Shown: positions 1 through 8,628, numbered from the stretch's first letter. The stretch is 63,715 bases of DNA from Gammaproteobacteria bacterium (GCA_029882995.1 JAOUJV010000004.1:1-63715), one strand, 5' to 3'. Translations and numbers: made by a program. The notes: generated by a model not told the origin, from the sequence alone.

Positions 1-487
1 TGTGTTTTTCACGTATAAAACTGATAACCATATTCTGACGGGATTTAATATCCATCCATTCTGATTTTTCATAATCAAACCCCTGCTCTCTATGGCTATC
101 ACGCATACGTACAGACAAATGATGGCGCCCGGCAGAAACAATAAATTTTTCATTTACGACAGCCTCCCCATCTCCCGACAAGCCCGAAGGTTTAATCGAT
201 TTATTGTATACCTGCTTACCATCCAGCAGCATTTCGAGATAAACTGGTAACCTCTCACGCGGACAATCCATCGCCTGGCGCATGTTGGGTGGGGTATTGG
301 CAATTTCTTCAGCAGTAAACCTTCTGCATTTCTCTTTCAGATTGCCGACATGATTAAATGTCAGACGAATAACCGCCTGATCCGGAGTGGTATGAACATA
401 GACAGGTTCCGTTGAGAAATAACCCAATACTAATGCAAACAGCCCATAGAGTCCCAATTGACCTGTCAACTTAAATACCTTAATCAT
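1..487 (-). CDS. hypothetical membrane-anchored protein (C-terminus runs off the window)
   Basis: Minus-strand frame is open from ATG 487-485 to the window edge; it is not in the ORF track because it is truncated. My translation starts MIKVFKLTGQLGLYGLFALVLGYFSTEP..., giving one N-terminal hydrophobic helix. The ATG shares its A with the TGA stop of the upstream gene (TGATG), suggesting translational coupling. No family recognised. Confidence 0.5.
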   Translation of the reverse strand, partial: MIKVFKLTGQLGLYGLFALVLGYFSTEPVYVHTTPDQAVIRLTFNHVGNLKEKCRRFTAEEIANTPPNMRQAMDCPRERLPVYLEMLLDGKQVYNKSIKPSGLSGDGEAVVNEKFIVSAGRHHLSVRMRDSHREQGFDYEKSEWMDIKSRQNMVISFIREKH

Positions 488-2052
488 CACTCTTCACCTA
501 CTGAAGAAAGTGTTGTGCGCAAACCTGTTTTGATCGGTTCCATTGATTGCAGACGTTGGCGAAAATCCTTGATTGCCTTATCTAATTCCTTGTTGGGTGT
601 TTTTTCACCCCAGCTTTTTTCAATCCGCTCAACAGGGACACGTTTTCTAAGATAAGGATCTCTTTTCCCTGCCAGACGTTGATCCATCCAGGTCACGCCA
701 AATCGGTGAAAACAACTTTCTTCTGAGCAACCGGTTAAAAACACACCTTCAGCATGATGGCGACTGATGATGTAATCGATGAATGAAGGCGGTAGCATTG
801 AAATACAGGGCAGCTTGATAACGCCAACACCTTCTGACTTCAAACGATTCAAATCTGGACCATGTTCACATCCGAACACAACCACTCTATCCGAACCTTT
901 CAATGGCGCTGTTGCATTGAGCAAATCTTCACGTACTTTGCGTAAAGGAAGATCGGGCAAATCAATCCCGGGTATCAGCTCTGTTCTCTGACGGTAAGGT
1001 GTTGATGTCGGACAAGCCCCAACACAAATACCACAACCTGTACACAATGTGGGATCAACAATGGCCTCTTCCTTGTATTTCTGCCCATCGGTGCGTGGCT
1101 GCATCACTACAGCGGCATAGGGGCAATCATCAAAACACCGTGTACAGCCATTACAATTATCCAGACTGATTACGGCTGCTGATGGTTTCTTAACCGGCCA
1201 AATAAAGGGCAACAAACAGAAAAACACGGTTGGCACCAGCAATAATGACCAAACTGACCCCATAGACCAGTCACCAATGAGCGGATATACAAACAAATAA
1301 AACCAGTCCAACCCGACTTCACCGGTCACTGCTGAAAGATCGGTTCTGCCCTGACTGACCGCAGGCTTAACAAAAGAAAGTATCAGTAGCATTGCCATTG
1401 TCCCTATTGCCAATCCACGGGGTGGATTAACAATCGGGCGACTAATTCTCAATACATGAAACCAGATACCGAATATCAGAAAAATGGGCAGACCCAGCAC
1501 ATGAATGAAAGCCATCAATGTAAAGAATCTGTCGCTAATGCTTTCCTCTGAAATAAAATTACGTACCATCGGTTCGATAAAAATCGGTAGCCAGTCCATT
1601 AATTCAGAGCTGGCAACAGCGACATATTGCGCCAGTTGATCCCACACCAACCAGTAACCGGTAATACCTAACGGAAACACAAACCATATCAACAAAATAC
1701 CGGACAGCCAGGAATACCAGCGCACACCACTGAAGCGTCCTTTGAAAAACTCGCCTGCTAAATGAATTACCAGTGTGATGACTGCGCCATCAGATGCATA
1801 TCGATGCAGGCTACGCATCACACCGGCTATATACCATTGTTCATGGGTAATATATTCAACAGAATCATATGCGCCGAATATACTGGTTTCGAAAAAAATA
1901 AAGACATAAATACCGCTAACCAGCACAACCCAGAAAAAGAAAATGGTCAGTGCGCCAAGATAATGCAGTGGATTCAAAGCACTGCTAAAAACGCCATTAA
2001 ATCCTTTCTCAGCGTACTGGAACGCATCTTTGCCTAAAGATAATAATTTCAT
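487..2052 (-). CDS. fusion protein: di-haem cytochrome b domain + 2x[4Fe-4S] ferredoxin + MvhD/FlpD-like hydrogenase iron-sulfur domain
   Basis: 521-aa ORF. Two His pairs sit in hydrophobic helices (RSLHRYASDGAVITLVIH, 14 apart; FIHVLGLPIFLIFGIWFH, 15 apart). Two CxxCxxCxxxCP motifs (CNGCTRCFDDCP, CTGCGICVGACP). The C-terminus VVVFGCEHG...KLPCISMLPPSFIDYI...GVFLTGCSEESCFHRFG resembles the MvhD-type domain. Confidence 0.75.
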   Translation of the reverse strand: MKLLSLGKDAFQYAEKGFNGVFSSALNPLHYLGALTIFFFWVVLVSGIYVFIFFETSIFGAYDSVEYITHEQWYIAGVMRSLHRYASDGAVITLVIHLAGEFFKGRFSGVRWYSWLSGILLIWFVFPLGITGYWLVWDQLAQYVAVASSELMDWLPIFIEPMVRNFISEESISDRFFTLMAFIHVLGLPIFLIFGIWFHVLRISRPIVNPPRGLAIGTMAMLLILSFVKPAVSQGRTDLSAVTGEVGLDWFYLFVYPLIGDWSMGSVWSLLLVPTVFFCLLPFIWPVKKPSAAVISLDNCNGCTRCFDDCPYAAVVMQPRTDGQKYKEEAIVDPTLCTGCGICVGACPTSTPYRQRTELIPGIDLPDLPLRKVREDLLNATAPLKGSDRVVVFGCEHGPDLNRLKSEGVGVIKLPCISMLPPSFIDYIISRHHAEGVFLTGCSEESCFHRFGVTWMDQRLAGKRDPYLRKRVPVERIEKSWGEKTPNKELDKAIKDFRQRLQSMEPIKTGLRTTLSSVGEE

Positions 2053-2123
2053 ATGTAATTTAGAATATTAATAACTAAGTAGTTTGCTCAGGATAGCAGG
2101 CACACGATCTCAGCAGCCATGAT

Positions 2124-3026
2124 TTATGTCAAGTCAGAACCCGCACGTTTGTTGCGGAAATACTCTCTAATCAAATACCAGAAGCCACCACCGATAATGG
2201 TAAACCCGATAAATATACCGATGAATAATGAATAATCAAAATGGTAGGAATCCGTCGCCGGATCGTATGTGGTACAAAACAATTTAACCTTGTTTGTCAG
2301 CACTGTCACTGTACTGTCTTCCGGCTTCTCGCCAAAGACCAATTGCTTGAGTGGTTCAACAAAGGCTTGTGTCTTTATCTGTTCACCGTAAACCTGCACA
2401 TAGACCTTGCCGCCTGTTTTGATAATGGTAGCCTGCGTCATATGATCATATCCTTTAGGTGAACGCTGATAACTGAACCCTAAATCACGTGTCAGCCTTT
2501 GCATGGTCTCAGCATCAGTACTCAGGAAATCCCATTTCAGAAGATCAATTTTCTGCTGATTGGCAAACGATGCCATCGCCTCTGGCGTATCAACAGGGGT
2601 ATCAAAACCTATCGTGAGCACATTGAAGCTCACCTCCCCCAGTGCATTACGCGCTTTTGTTACTGCATCAGCCAGATTACGCGTGATGGTAGGGCAAACA
2701 TGATAGCAGCTGGTGTAGATCAAACTGATAACCAGTGGCTTGTCGAAATAATCTGATAGCTTGACTCCACGACCGTCACTGGTGTTAAAGCTATAGTTAT
2801 TTAACTGACGTCCTATTGCGGCCTGACTTAGTTCCAGTGCCTTTTTTTCGTCAAGAACCGGGCTTGAAGATGGTTCATGCTCATGCATATCATGCTGCAT
2901 GGTCATCGGCTGATGCATTGCATCATGTCCGACCCCTGTTTCTGCAATGGAAACGAAAGGCATGGACAAAAGCATTAGCCAAAAAACTGTTTTAAATGAG
3001 AAATAACCAGCTACTTGAACAACCAC
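2124..3026 (-). CDS. SCO1/SenC-family copper chaperone (thioredoxin fold)
   Basis: 300-aa ORF with the CxxxCP motif LIYTSCYHVCP, an N-terminal hydrophobic signal/anchor and a C-terminal TM helix. GTG start at 3026; ATG at 2975 is an alternative. Confidence 0.75.
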   Translation of the reverse strand: MVVQVAGYFSFKTVFWLMLLSMPFVSIAETGVGHDAMHQPMTMQHDMHEHEPSSSPVLDEKKALELSQAAIGRQLNNYSFNTSDGRGVKLSDYFDKPLVISLIYTSCYHVCPTITRNLADAVTKARNALGEVSFNVLTIGFDTPVDTPEAMASFANQQKIDLLKWDFLSTDAETMQRLTRDLGFSYQRSPKGYDHMTQATIIKTGGKVYVQVYGEQIKTQAFVEPLKQLVFGEKPEDSTVTVLTNKVKLFCTTYDPATDSYHFDYSLFIGIFIGFTIIGGGFWYLIREYFRNKRAGSDLT

Positions 3027-3106
3027 AATAAAATTCTTCCTGTTTAAAAAAATCGGTATTACGGGGAGGCCTATATTGCCTGAGTTTCAATCCTTTCTAC
3101 AACACA

Positions 3107-3140
3107 AATAAAAAAGGGGACATATGTCCCCTTTTTTATT
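3107..3140. terminator. rho-independent terminator (bidirectional hairpin) between oxidase subunit I and SCO1
   Basis: Perfect palindrome aaaaaaGGGGACATATGTCCCCtttttt, with an A-tract on one side and a T-tract on the other, 15-48 nt downstream of the subunit I stop. Confidence 0.7.
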
Positions 3141-3154
3141 TTCATCCCTGCCTT

Positions 3155-4861
3155 TTAGCCCATGGGCCAGATAGAGGCGAGATATTTCCAGTTTACTGCG
3201 TAGTAAACAACGAACAGCAGCAGGAAGACCAGAGCGAATACGAAGGTACCTGGAGCAACAAAGCCGCCGATACCGATATTGCCATGACCTGCAGGTGCTG
3301 CTGCCATCTGCAATGGTGCATTTGGTCCTGTGCTGTATTCATCTGTACCAGCCACTTTCTTGCCAAACAGGATAGAAAGCACGGTAATCAGAATATAGGC
3401 AGCACCACCCACAATGGCCACAATACCGCTAATACCGGTAATTGCCATCAAGGTATAAGCCACCGCCGGGAAGTCATAGCCAAAGACAGCGCCACTGAAG
3501 GCCATATCCCAATGACGTCGAGCCACACCCATGGTGCCCGCACCCATCATGGCGATTGAGAACACGGACATCCCCAAACCAAACAGGTAAGGCTGCCATT
3601 TGGCCAATCCCTTCATCACCAGTTCACGCTTAAACAGAACAGGGATCAGGAAATAGGTCAGCGACATAAAGGCCAGCGTAGTACCCACTACCACCGTGGC
3701 ATGGAAATGGCCTGGTACGTAGATAGTGTTATGCATTGTGATGTTGATTTGCTCGGTACCCAGTACAACACCTGAGATACCACCAATGAAACCAAAACCA
3801 ATCAGCGAGATAAACATACCGGAGAAGACCGGGTTACCCCATGGTGCTTTACGAATCCACTCGAACAGCCCCTTGTCAAATCCTTTCTCACGCTGAGCAA
3901 CCTCAATACTGCCTGGAACAGTCAGACCATGAATCATACTGGCCAGTACAGCAAGGTACATAGCGTAACTGGTATTGAAGATTTTCCACTCTGAACTGAT
4001 ACCCGGATCAGACAACAGATGGTGTGCTGAAGCCAGTTGCAGGAACAGGATATACAGCAGGAAGGCGCCACGACTGACTCTTTCTGACATTGGTCTTGCG
4101 CCAAATACAATCGCTGCAATCGCGTACCAGACCGCCACATGGGCAGATACGTTAATCTGTTGTGATGAGTGCCCCATCGCCCACCAGATAACGCGATACA
4201 TCAATGCGTCAATGTGACCGATGTAACCAATTGACCACAGGAAGGTAGGAATCAAAATGATTGCGCCAGATGCAATGGTAAATATGGCGATAATGGCTGC
4301 TGTTAACGCACCAAAGGTGACGAGAGGAATGGACCCTTCGTATGTCCCTTCCGCCTTGGCGACGACCAGCGTACCAAGGAATACAAAACAACCCAGTAAT
4401 GCACCCACAGCAAACAGAATCAAACCCAGATAGAACTTCGGATTTGCCGGCATTGGCACATAGGATGTCATCATTACACTGGAATCACCACCCATAATGG
4501 CCACATTGGTCACAATGGCGCCAATAAACATGAGTATGAATCCGAGCCATGCAATCCTCGGGGTTGCCAGTCTGCACTTCAACAATGTCGATGAAGCAAA
4601 ATACAGAATGGCCATCTCAAAGAAGATGATCCAGAAAATAAGCATGTTGATGCCGTGTGCGGTTAATGCCTGATAAAACTTGTCAGCTGGAAGAAGATGG
4701 AACTCCTGCCAACGAGTCAGTGTTACAAGTAAGGAAAGGACACCCCCGATAAGCAGGATAACGACTGCTACCACCGCATTTAATTTCATCAGCGTTTCTG
4801 CTGGTTTGTGAAATAAAAGACCAGTGTTAGGGCATGTTCTGAATAATTGATTATTTGCCAT
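3155..4861 (-). CDS. haem-copper oxidase superfamily subunit I, B-type (ba3-like) scaffold with atypical CuB-site motif
   Basis: 568 aa, many TM helices. All six canonical His ligands are in ba3-like contexts: ALTAHGINM, WWAMGH, ASAHH, VPGHFHATV. SD AAGGAG lies 8 nt upstream of the ATG. The residue at His+4 is Gln (GHSSQQ, nt 4157-4171) instead of the cross-link Tyr. Confidence 0.85.
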   Translation of the reverse strand: MANNQLFRTCPNTGLLFHKPAETLMKLNAVVAVVILLIGGVLSLLVTLTRWQEFHLLPADKFYQALTAHGINMLIFWIIFFEMAILYFASSTLLKCRLATPRIAWLGFILMFIGAIVTNVAIMGGDSSVMMTSYVPMPANPKFYLGLILFAVGALLGCFVFLGTLVVAKAEGTYEGSIPLVTFGALTAAIIAIFTIASGAIILIPTFLWSIGYIGHIDALMYRVIWWAMGHSSQQINVSAHVAVWYAIAAIVFGARPMSERVSRGAFLLYILFLQLASAHHLLSDPGISSEWKIFNTSYAMYLAVLASMIHGLTVPGSIEVAQREKGFDKGLFEWIRKAPWGNPVFSGMFISLIGFGFIGGISGVVLGTEQINITMHNTIYVPGHFHATVVVGTTLAFMSLTYFLIPVLFKRELVMKGLAKWQPYLFGLGMSVFSIAMMGAGTMGVARRHWDMAFSGAVFGYDFPAVAYTLMAITGISGIVAIVGGAAYILITVLSILFGKKVAGTDEYSTGPNAPLQMAAAPAGHGNIGIGGFVAPGTFVFALVFLLLFVVYYAVNWKYLASIWPMG

Positions 4862-4872
4862 TGTTAAGCTCC

Positions 4873-5415
4873 TTAGTCTTTCACGTAGATTTTACCGAGC
4901 ATGTTGTGATGTCCAATGCCGCAGTATTCGTTACAAACGATGGTAAATTCACCTGAAGAATCCGGTGTGATGCTGATTACCATGTCATAGCCTGGTACAA
5001 CCTGCAGATTAATATTCAGCGGTTGTAGTGAAAAACCATGGTTCCAATCCATTGAGGAAAGATGCAACCGATAGGTCTGATTCTTTTCAAGCTCATAAAT
5101 TGGCCACCATTCCCAAAGACGACCTATTAAATAAATATCACTGCCTGCCGGAGGAGCAACAACAGGATAATTACGATCCGTTTCATTTCTGACAGTGTAT
5201 TTATCTATTACTGCTTGTGCCTTGGCTGCATAATCAGCTGAGGAGATACGATAAGCCTCATTAGATAAATTTTGTTTTCCGGCCACATGCCAATACGGCA
5301 TCATGGCAAACATGATTAAACACCAGACTAATGCCAACACTATCCAGGTACCTTCGACTCGATCTATTGGCTGATTCCACCAGATACGCCGTGAGGGGGG
5401 CTGAATTGCACTCAT
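4873..5415 (-). CDS. haem-copper oxidase subunit II with CuA centre
   Basis: 180 aa; one N-terminal TM helix plus a cupredoxin part. CuA ligand pattern WNHGF ... CNEYCGIGHHNM (H, CxxxCxxxHxxM). Confidence 0.85.
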   Translation of the reverse strand: MSAIQPPSRRIWWNQPIDRVEGTWIVLALVWCLIMFAMMPYWHVAGKQNLSNEAYRISSADYAAKAQAVIDKYTVRNETDRNYPVVAPPAGSDIYLIGRLWEWWPIYELEKNQTYRLHLSSMDWNHGFSLQPLNINLQVVPGYDMVISITPDSSGEFTIVCNEYCGIGHHNMLGKIYVKD

Positions 5416-5458
5416 GAGCTTTTCCTCTTTATTTTGGGTTAGTTTTTATACGTTATTA

Positions 5459-5617
5459 TTATTTAGCTATTGGTATGGTTACGATTTCCATTATTCCCCA
5501 CAGAATATAAAAAACTGTAGGCATAACCACTCCTATAAACAATAACAGGAAGGGATTATCGAGAATTTTTTGCATCACTGGAATGGGTTCATTTTTTTCT
5601 TGTTCTTTGTCAGACAT
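5459..5617 (-). CDS. small (52 aa) single-TM protein, first gene of the oxidase operon (subunit IIa-like position)
   Basis: Hand translation: MSDKEQEKNEPIPVMQKILDNPFLLLFIGVVMPTVFYILWGIMEIVTIPIAK*. Strong SD GGAGG 7-8 nt upstream of the ATG; it ends 43 nt before the subunit II start. Below the ORF-track size cut-off. Confidence 0.6.
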   Translation of the reverse strand: MSDKEQEKNEPIPVMQKILDNPFLLLFIGVVMPTVFYILWGIMEIVTIPIAK

Positions 5618-5677
5618 AATCTTTCCTCCGTGGGACATAATGTCGCATATATTAAACGTTATTATAAAAACTGTGTC

Positions 5678-5691
5678 TTGATCTAGGTCAA
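5678..5691 (-). promoter_or_regulatory. FNR/Dnr/NnrR-type (CRP-family) box upstream of the oxidase operon
   Basis: TTGATCTAGGTCAA matches TTGAT-N4-ATCAA at 9 of 10 specified positions. Its centre is 33 nt from the centre of a minus-strand -10-like hexamer TAATAT (5654-5649), a class II-like geometry. Confidence 0.55.
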
Positions 5692-5917
5692 GCTGAAAAA
5701 CATTATAACTAACAAAAAGATAGAAAAACGAGTTTTTTGTTTTTGCAATTATATATTAGATTTGGCTAATATGAATCCTCTGCTTTTTTATAATTCTGTT
5801 TTTGTGAGCCCGGCACTGCTCACAAGCAATAAACTAGTCTATTTTTGTGCATTATTACAGTATAGAATGTGCAAAATCCGATATTTAACCTTGAATTCTA
5901 TATAAAAGAACAAAATC

Positions 5918-6568
5918 ATGCTAAAAAAAACCTGCTTTGCCTCTTTTTTACTTCTATTTCTTTCTGCTTGCAACAATGAAACACCTCAAGACATAACACC
6001 AGAACCTTTAAATAATGAGTTCAACCGCATTAATGCTGATGGAACTCCGTATACAGGAAGCGGTAATTATTCCTCAGACCCATGGTATTGCGTTTATGAC
6101 AAACGCACCAAACTTATCTGGGAAGTAAAAACAGGCGCTGATGACATACATAATAAATACCATACCTACACCTGGTTTAATCAGGATCTGGCTAAAAATA
6201 ACAAGCAACCCGGTGTTGCAGATGGTGGCAAATGCACAGGCTCAAAGTGTGATACCTATTCCTATGTGGATGCTGTGAATGAGAAAGGACTATGTGGTTT
6301 CAAAGATTGGCGTCTACCGAAGCGTGTTGAATTGGGCACGATTGTTAATCGCGCTTTTTCCAAAACCGGTGCCACAATTAATCCCGAGTTTTTCCCTAAT
6401 ACACATCCCAAGGAATACTGGACTGATGAATCCTATACTTATCACTATGTGGGAGCATGGGCATGGGATTTTTCATTCGGCTATGATCGTGTTGACTGGA
6501 AAAAAGAACCCAAGTACATCAGGCTGGTGCGCAGTGATCCTGAGCCAGCAGAACCGGAAAAACCATAA
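5918..6568 (+). CDS. lipoprotein with DUF1566 (Lcl C-terminal-like) domain
   Basis: 216 aa; signal peptide with lipobox LFLSAC; motif FKDWRLPKRVEL typical of DUF1566. Confidence 0.6.
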   Translation: MLKKTCFASFLLLFLSACNNETPQDITPEPLNNEFNRINADGTPYTGSGNYSSDPWYCVYDKRTKLIWEVKTGADDIHNKYHTYTWFNQDLAKNNKQPGVADGGKCTGSKCDTYSYVDAVNEKGLCGFKDWRLPKRVELGTIVNRAFSKTGATINPEFFPNTHPKEYWTDESYTYHYVGAWAWDFSFGYDRVDWKKEPKYIRLVRSDPEPAEPEKP

Positions 6569-6573
6569 TTGGT

Positions 6574-8166
6574 TTATCGCTGGACTGTTTTTTGATAAGT
6601 CCAGACAGCTGTCATCATATTTGCCCAAAGCAGTAACATGGAGGCGGCAAACAGCGTGACAGCAGGATAAAACAATAGCTCAGGATAAAATACTGTTCCT
6701 GCCAATCCCGTAATAGAACCAAGATGCAGCCAGTATTGAATCCACATTCTTCTGCCTCTAATAATCTCTTTCATATTAGGCAGCACGCCAGGGGTGGTTT
6801 GTTTTGCCTGCAAATGGAACCAGACAAGGAAAGGCATAATTTTATATAACATGCCATTAATAACCGATTGCATAACACCTGAGATAACTACAATTCCGAT
6901 AACCAGTTCAAGTAAATAATACTCCCCCGTTTCAGGTGAAATAATATTTACTGCCGTCAATACAATACCCAGAATTGCTGACACCATGGCTAGTTGCCAA
7001 AAGCTGACAGTGACATCAGGTATTTTCCTCCTTCTCTGTTTTTGTAATATCAAGGTATTAATCGAATATAACCCGGTCAGTAATAAAATCAGTAACCCAG
7101 AGAGATAATAAATCATATTTTTCCCATCGAGATATTGATGAAAATAAGTGACCAGCGACCAAAGCACTAATAGATATACCAATGATATGGGCAACCATTG
7201 CCGTATCCAGATTGGGTATTGCGGGGTTATCTGGAACATTGGTACAACCTGAAAAGAAACCCCGATTATTAACAATCCGGTCCATCCAACCAACCCCCAG
7301 CCCAGATGAATCGTGGCAAACAGGTGTTTGGCGACTCCTCCATGCGCGCCAAAAATAGCTACCATCACAACACCCATTGCAACAGTGACAGCAAGTGAAA
7401 TAACGGCCAGCTTTATTGCTCTGGAAGCGCTTGTCCTGACACCGGATGTAAACATGGTGTGCAGGACCACGACAATAAAGACTGAAAATGCCAGCCCCAG
7501 AAACGTAGCTGCACTATTAAATAAAATATCTTTTCTGAACAGAAAAGCACTGCCTAGAAAAACAACGCCCGGTACATATAGACCAAATACAATATTACTT
7601 ACAAGGCGTGACTTCGGAATGATTGTGCCAATTACTACAGGCAGGATTTGCATCATGGCACCTATCATTGTCATGGTAGAAAATCCCAATACCATAAAAT
7701 GAACAGCGGAGACTGCTTCAGGTGTCCAGCGAGAATCCATCGATTCCGGGCCAGCAAACAACAACACCATCGCAGCAACAAAACCAAATACCGGTGCCAT
7801 CAGAAAAAAACGAAATGGAATACTGATGGGGGGGGCCTGTTCAAAAGATAACTTGGGGGTATCCTTCGCCTCTGCCTTTTTCTTTTTTATGTCCCACGCC
7901 TGTTTTATCAAGGCCTGACAACGAGTATCTGCTTCCTGATCTGTTTTTTTCCAGATCAGAACTTCAAAGGCAGGTTCTTTAGTTCTGAATGTATGAAATG
8001 CATAACCGCGCTTTTCCAGTAGCGGATACAGAAGCTCCGGGTTGCGGCGATGAAGAAGACGAATATATTGCCCTGCCTGTAACTCATCCAGTGCAGACAA
8101 TGCTTTTTGCAATGGCTCCGGCGGTTCTAACTGGCTTACATCAAGAAGATACTCGTGCTCAGCCAT
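6574..8166 (-). CDS. DUF2249 domain fused to an NnrS-like polytopic membrane protein
   Basis: 530 aa. The N-terminal ~75 aa (LDVSQLEPPEPLQKALSALDELQAGQYIRLLHRRNPELLYPLLEKRGYAFH) reads as DUF2249. After a charged linker comes a ~400-aa multi-TM domain that begins PFRFFLMAP, reminiscent of the NnrS N-terminal FRPFFL motif. Confidence 0.55.
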   Translation of the reverse strand: MAEHEYLLDVSQLEPPEPLQKALSALDELQAGQYIRLLHRRNPELLYPLLEKRGYAFHTFRTKEPAFEVLIWKKTDQEADTRCQALIKQAWDIKKKKAEAKDTPKLSFEQAPPISIPFRFFLMAPVFGFVAAMVLLFAGPESMDSRWTPEAVSAVHFMVLGFSTMTMIGAMMQILPVVIGTIIPKSRLVSNIVFGLYVPGVVFLGSAFLFRKDILFNSAATFLGLAFSVFIVVVLHTMFTSGVRTSASRAIKLAVISLAVTVAMGVVMVAIFGAHGGVAKHLFATIHLGWGLVGWTGLLIIGVSFQVVPMFQITPQYPIWIRQWLPISLVYLLVLWSLVTYFHQYLDGKNMIYYLSGLLILLLTGLYSINTLILQKQRRRKIPDVTVSFWQLAMVSAILGIVLTAVNIISPETGEYYLLELVIGIVVISGVMQSVINGMLYKIMPFLVWFHLQAKQTTPGVLPNMKEIIRGRRMWIQYWLHLGSITGLAGTVFYPELLFYPAVTLFAASMLLLWANMMTAVWTYQKTVQR

Positions 8167-8181
8167 GGCCGTTTTTTTTGT

Positions 8182-8628
8182 TTAATCCAGACTGGTTACT
8201 TCGGAAACTAATGTGTCAGCGTTTGCATCAAGTGCCCTATCCATCATTGGATAAAGTATCTGTTCTTCTTTCATATTATGCTGCTGCATTAAAACCAGCA
8301 GTGTTTCGGAGTTTCCCAGATAGCCGTCCTTATCCCTTGCTGCACATGCTGATTTCAGGTTTTGGGTAAGGGCTTTCATTTGCTCATGTTCCATGCGCAT
8401 CATTTGTGTAGGACCACCTGTTTGACCTGTTTCAGTTTCAAATGCGGGGAAAAGGATGTCTTCTTCTCTGCGCAGATGCAGTATCAAGGCATTCTCAAAT
8501 TGATCAAACAACGCTGCTGCTTCGTCCCATTTTCCTTGTGCTACTGCATTTTCAGCAGAAGCAAAATAGCCGTCACATTCCTGATGATGTTGTGTCATTA
8601 ATTCACTGATTGCCACGGCCATATCCAT
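8182..8628 (-). CDS. hemerythrin HHE cation-binding domain protein
   Basis: Repeated H/E motifs (HHQECD, ILHLRREEDILFP, MRMEHEQM, MQQHNMKEEQILYP). Start chosen at ATG 8628 (MDMAVAISEL...) because of the SD GGAGAGG just upstream; the ORF track begins earlier, at 8700. Confidence 0.75.
   Translation of the reverse strand: MDMAVAISELMTQHHQECDGYFASAENAVAQGKWDEAAALFDQFENALILHLRREEDILFPAFETETGQTGGPTQMMRMEHEQMKALTQNLKSACAARDKDGYLGNSETLLVLMQQHNMKEEQILYPMMDRALDANADTLVSEVTSLD

Noticed and set aside
458-655. 65-aa plus-strand ORF spanning the junction of the first two minus-strand genes.
   Set aside because: It is antisense to two translationally coupled genes, with no start context and no motif.
3076-3090. 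TTGCCTGAGTTTCAA upstream of the SCO1 gene, considered as a third FNR-type box.
   Set aside because: The TTG and CAA are separated by 9 nt rather than 8 nt and both half-sites are poor. The spacing is wrong for CRP-family sites.
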